64,000 bases of DNA from Syntrophales bacterium (GTDB lineage Bacteria; Desulfobacterota; Syntrophia; Syntrophales; UBA6807). The stretch is from NCBI GenBank assembly GCA_040767195.1, contig JAXGPA010000002.1, positions 288,001 through 352,000 on the forward strand. Reading direction: 5' to 3'. The notes under the pieces were generated by a model. The model was given only the letters and a program-made list of their open reading frames with translations, was not told the DNA's origin and made no database searches. Shown here piece after piece: positions 61,278-64,000 of this stretch. Made by a program: the position numbers and the translations under genes. How positions within the stretch are numbered: the first letter of the stretch is position 1; each line of letters begins with the position of its first letter.

Positions 61278-62666
61278 CTACTTAAATTTCTTCCGGCCTG
61301 CGCGGCCGTCTTTGGCCGGGCGGGAAATGCCCAGTTTTTTCATTTTCCGGTAAAGGGTCGTCTTGTGAATGCCCAGGTCCCGGGCCGCCGCCAGGCGGTT
61401 GTAGCCGTTTCGCTCGAGGGCGGCGCGAATGGCCTGGGCGTCCAGGATATCGTGGGCGGACCGCATGCCCGCTTCCGGCCCGGCGCTCCCCCGGCGGCCG
61501 GTCACTTCCCGGGGAAGATGGGGCAGGCCGATGGTCCCGTCGTCCACGAGAATGAAAGCACGTTCGATGGCGTTTTCCAGTTCCCGGATGTTGCCCGGCC
61601 AGTCGTAGGCCATGAGGAGAGACAACGCTTCCGGGGTAATCCCCGAAACATTTTTCCCCTGGAGGTGGTTGAACCGGGCAATGAACTGGTCCGCCAGGAG
61701 GGGAATGTCCTCTTTCCGGCGTCTCAACGGGGGCAATTCGAGACGGACCACGTTGACCCGGTAGTAAAGATCCTCCCGGAAGAGCCCGCTGCGGACACGC
61801 TCCGCGAGGTCCTCGTTGGTGGCGGCGATGACCCTGACATCGGCCGTCTCCGAGCGGGTCGACCCCAGGGGTTCGTATGTCCGATCCTGCAAAACCCGAA
61901 GAAGACGGACCTGGAGCGCCGGGGACACTTCGCTGATCTCGTCGAGAAAGAGGGTCCCCCCGTCCGCCAGGGCGAAACGTCCCGGTTTGTCCTTCCGGGC
62001 GCCGGTAAAGGCGCCGGCCTTGTAGCCGAACAGTTCCGACTCGAGGAGCGTGTCGGGCAGGGCCCCGCAGTTGACGGCGACGAAAGGCCCCCGATTGCGG
62101 GGACTGAGCGAATGGATTGTCCGGGCCACCAGCTCCTTTCCCGTCCCCGTTTCCCCGAGGATGAGAACCGTGCTGGGGCTCGCGGCGACGGCGGGGAGAA
62201 CCTCGAACAGCCGCTGCATCAGGGGGCTTCGGCTCGTCAGGTCGCCCGCCCGGAACTTTCCTTCCAGCTCCCGGCGAAGCGTCTCGACTTCCGTGAGATC
62301 GCGAAACGTCTCGGCGCCTCCGATCACGCGTCCTTCCCCGTCCCGGAGAACGGCGGTGGAAACGCTGATGGGAATACGGTCCCCATCGGCGTCGATGATA
62401 TAGCCCGACCGGCCGACGACGGGTTTCCCCGTCTTCAGGGTCTTCTGAAGGGCGCAGTCGGATCCGCACATGCTCGAACGAAGCACATCGGAACAGCGCC
62501 GGCCGATTGCCTCCCGGCGGGACACCCCGGTGATCTCCTCGGCGGCCCGGTTGAACGACGTGATCCGCCACTGCCCGTCCACGGTGAACACGCCGTCGGA
62601 GATACTCTCGAGAATCGCCTCCGTGGCCGCCGGGATCAGCTTGTTTTCATCCTTTTTTTTCTTCAT
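61278..62666 (-). CDS. PAS-domain sigma54-dependent transcriptional activator (OrpR-like)
   Basis: PAS domain with CSDVLRSSMCGSDC; GETGTGKE, GAFTGA, LFLDEI, FREDLYYR, WPGNIRELEN; Fis-type HTH. Confidence 0.92.
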   Translation of the reverse strand: MKKKKDENKLIPAATEAILESISDGVFTVDGQWRITSFNRAAEEITGVSRREAIGRRCSDVLRSSMCGSDCALQKTLKTGKPVVGRSGYIIDADGDRIPISVSTAVLRDGEGRVIGGAETFRDLTEVETLRRELEGKFRAGDLTSRSPLMQRLFEVLPAVAASPSTVLILGETGTGKELVARTIHSLSPRNRGPFVAVNCGALPDTLLESELFGYKAGAFTGARKDKPGRFALADGGTLFLDEISEVSPALQVRLLRVLQDRTYEPLGSTRSETADVRVIAATNEDLAERVRSGLFREDLYYRVNVVRLELPPLRRRKEDIPLLADQFIARFNHLQGKNVSGITPEALSLLMAYDWPGNIRELENAIERAFILVDDGTIGLPHLPREVTGRRGSAGPEAGMRSAHDILDAQAIRAALERNGYNRLAAARDLGIHKTTLYRKMKKLGISRPAKDGRAGRKKFK

Positions 62667-62745
62667 TACCGTGTGTCCGCGGAAAGTTCCGGCTCTTCCT
62701 GCTTCAAAAAGGGCAGAACCGCCCGGCGACTGACGGCTCCGAAGG

Positions 62746-63390
62746 TTACACCGCCTCGAAGAGAAGACCCAGGAATCCCGCTTCGGGAACGATCCCCCGC
62801 TCGATCCGCAACACCCCCTGGGGACTTTCCCCCGGCTTCCAGAAAAGGGTGCTCGCCGAATCGACAAGGGAGAATCGGGCGCCTTCCACGAGTTCCACCG
62901 TCTCCCGAGCCGTCCGGAACCGGGCCGCTGAATAAACGGGGTGGCCCCGGGAGGCTTTGTCGCCGTATTCCCTCCCCCAGGGGCTGTCGGCCGGGACGAT
63001 CCCGAGGAGAAAAAAGCCGCCCCGGCGGAGGATCCTCCGGCACTCCCCGAGAGCCTGCCGGGCATCGTCAACGAAACAGAGGGTCACCACCATGAGAACG
63101 CCGTCCCGGGAATCCGCCTCAAAGGGAAGGTTTTCAGCGGAACCCGTGTAGGTCCTGATGCCGCGCCGGGCGGCGATCTCGAGCATCCGCGGCGAGGGAT
63201 CGAGCCCCTCCGATACCCCCAGGAAAGCGGCGAACCGGCCGGTGCCGACACCGATTTCCAGCCACCGTCCCTCAAATTCACTATGAAGCTTACGGAGACA
63301 TTCCCGCTCCGCGTGAAAAATATCCCGCCCTTCCGGCGAGTCGTACCACCCGTCATAGGCATCGGCTATGGGATCAAATACGCCTGTCAT
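62746..63390 (-). CDS. Class I SAM-dependent methyltransferase
   Basis: YDGWY, LEIGVGTGRFA, GLDPS..ML, AENLPF, TLCFVDD. Confidence 0.88.
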   Translation of the reverse strand: MTGVFDPIADAYDGWYDSPEGRDIFHAERECLRKLHSEFEGRWLEIGVGTGRFAAFLGVSEGLDPSPRMLEIAARRGIRTYTGSAENLPFEADSRDGVLMVVTLCFVDDARQALGECRRILRRGGFFLLGIVPADSPWGREYGDKASRGHPVYSAARFRTARETVELVEGARFSLVDSASTLFWKPGESPQGVLRIERGIVPEAGFLGLLFEAV

Positions 63391-63540
63391 GTCAATCGAC
63401 CTTTCCGAAATGCGCGGCGGGACCCGGAACCGCCGGTTTCGCCGGACCGGCGGCTTGAAATCCTCATTGAACGCGGCTCCGTCGCGTCGCCACGATAAAC
63501 GGGATTGCCTTTTGCGGACCTTTCGATGATTACGTGAAGT

Positions 63541-63569
63541 AATTTATAGATCTGTCCGGTTCCTGTCAA
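63541..63569 (-). promoter_or_regulatory. Candidate sigma70 promoter for the methyltransferase and activator genes
   Basis: TTGACA-17 nt-TAAATT. Confidence 0.45.
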
Positions 63570-63695
63570 CGGGGGCAGACATTTCTTTTCAGGCCATTCA
63601 TCGACGGAAATGGCTCTCCAGCCCCGGGCCGTAAGCCTTGACATGTCTCATGATTTTTTTCATAGTATTGGAATATTTGAAAAACGAGGTGAACC

Positions 63696-64000
63696 ATGAA
63701 TGCCGAAAACGCATCCGGTCCCTTTGGCGACCGGTTTGATCCGAAGGACGGCTCCGCGACCATGCGGGCCGTGGTCACCATGGGCAACGGCGGATACGAC
63801 AGGCTCCGGTACCGCGTTGTGCCCCGGCCGACGCCCGGACCGGGAGAGGCGCTCCTCCAGGTCCTCGCCGCCGGCGTCAACAACACGGAAATCAACACGC
63901 GCATCGGGTGGTACTCTTCCTCCGTGACGGCGGACACGGAAAGCGCCGCCGCCACGGAGGAGCGGGAGGCGACAGCCAAGGCGGACGGGGGATGGAACGA
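63696..64000 (+). CDS. MDR / zinc-type alcohol dehydrogenase family (partial, runs off the window)
   Basis: Manual translation ...MRAVVTMGNGGYDRLRY..VPRPTPGPGEALLQVLAAGVNNTEINTRIGWY; GAGGTG SD; upstream TTGACA-17-CATAGT. Confidence 0.8.
   Translation, partial: MNAENASGPFGDRFDPKDGSATMRAVVTMGNGGYDRLRYRVVPRPTPGPGEALLQVLAAGVNNTEINTRIGWYSSSVTADTESAAATEEREATAKADGGWN

Noticed and set aside
61278..63071. 597-aa extended version of the sigma54 activator
   Set aside because: The extension overlaps the methyltransferase in another frame; ATG 62666 just before the PAS domain is the plausible start
35720..64000. In-frame TGA selenoproteins near selA
   Set aside because: The TGA-ending ORFs I examined look complete and I saw no convincing read-through or SECIS; a formal bSECIS scan was not possible

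Overview
GC-rich bacterial window, probably from an anaerobic deltaproteobacterium (Desulfobacterota, Syntrophales-like). That assignment is inferred from gene content only. Bases 1-35.6 kb are almost entirely the minus-strand translation/transcription supercluster. In transcription order it runs: tRNA-Thr/Tyr/Gly/Thr, rpmG, tRNA-Trp, secE-nusG-rplKA-rplJL-rpoBC-rpsLG-tuf, the S10/spc/alpha operons, four unrelated genes (EF-like beta-barrel protein, class II cAMP phosphodiesterase, folC, lptD), then rplM-rpsI-argC. The cluster lacks fusA, a second tuf and adk, EF-Tu has a variant switch II, and a terminator-like hairpin lies between rpsJ and rplC. Bases 35.7-64 kb are accessory genes: an AmrB-AmrA fusion, an overlapping menK-like/selA/rluD/pgeF operon, def, a TAXI-TRAP transporter linked to an amine-dehydrogenase-family gene (its DUF1850 subunit appears frameshifted in a poly-T tract), DUF374, a CDF exporter, PolX, and a degenerate YchF. 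The best candidate for an under-described system is an OrpR-like PAS/sigma54 activator with a recognisable sigma54 promoter driving a NifX-family/DUF5320/ARMT1/FmdB/MBL operon. No CRISPR array, rRNA gene or mobile element was seen. All calls come from motif recognition by eye; no database searches were run.
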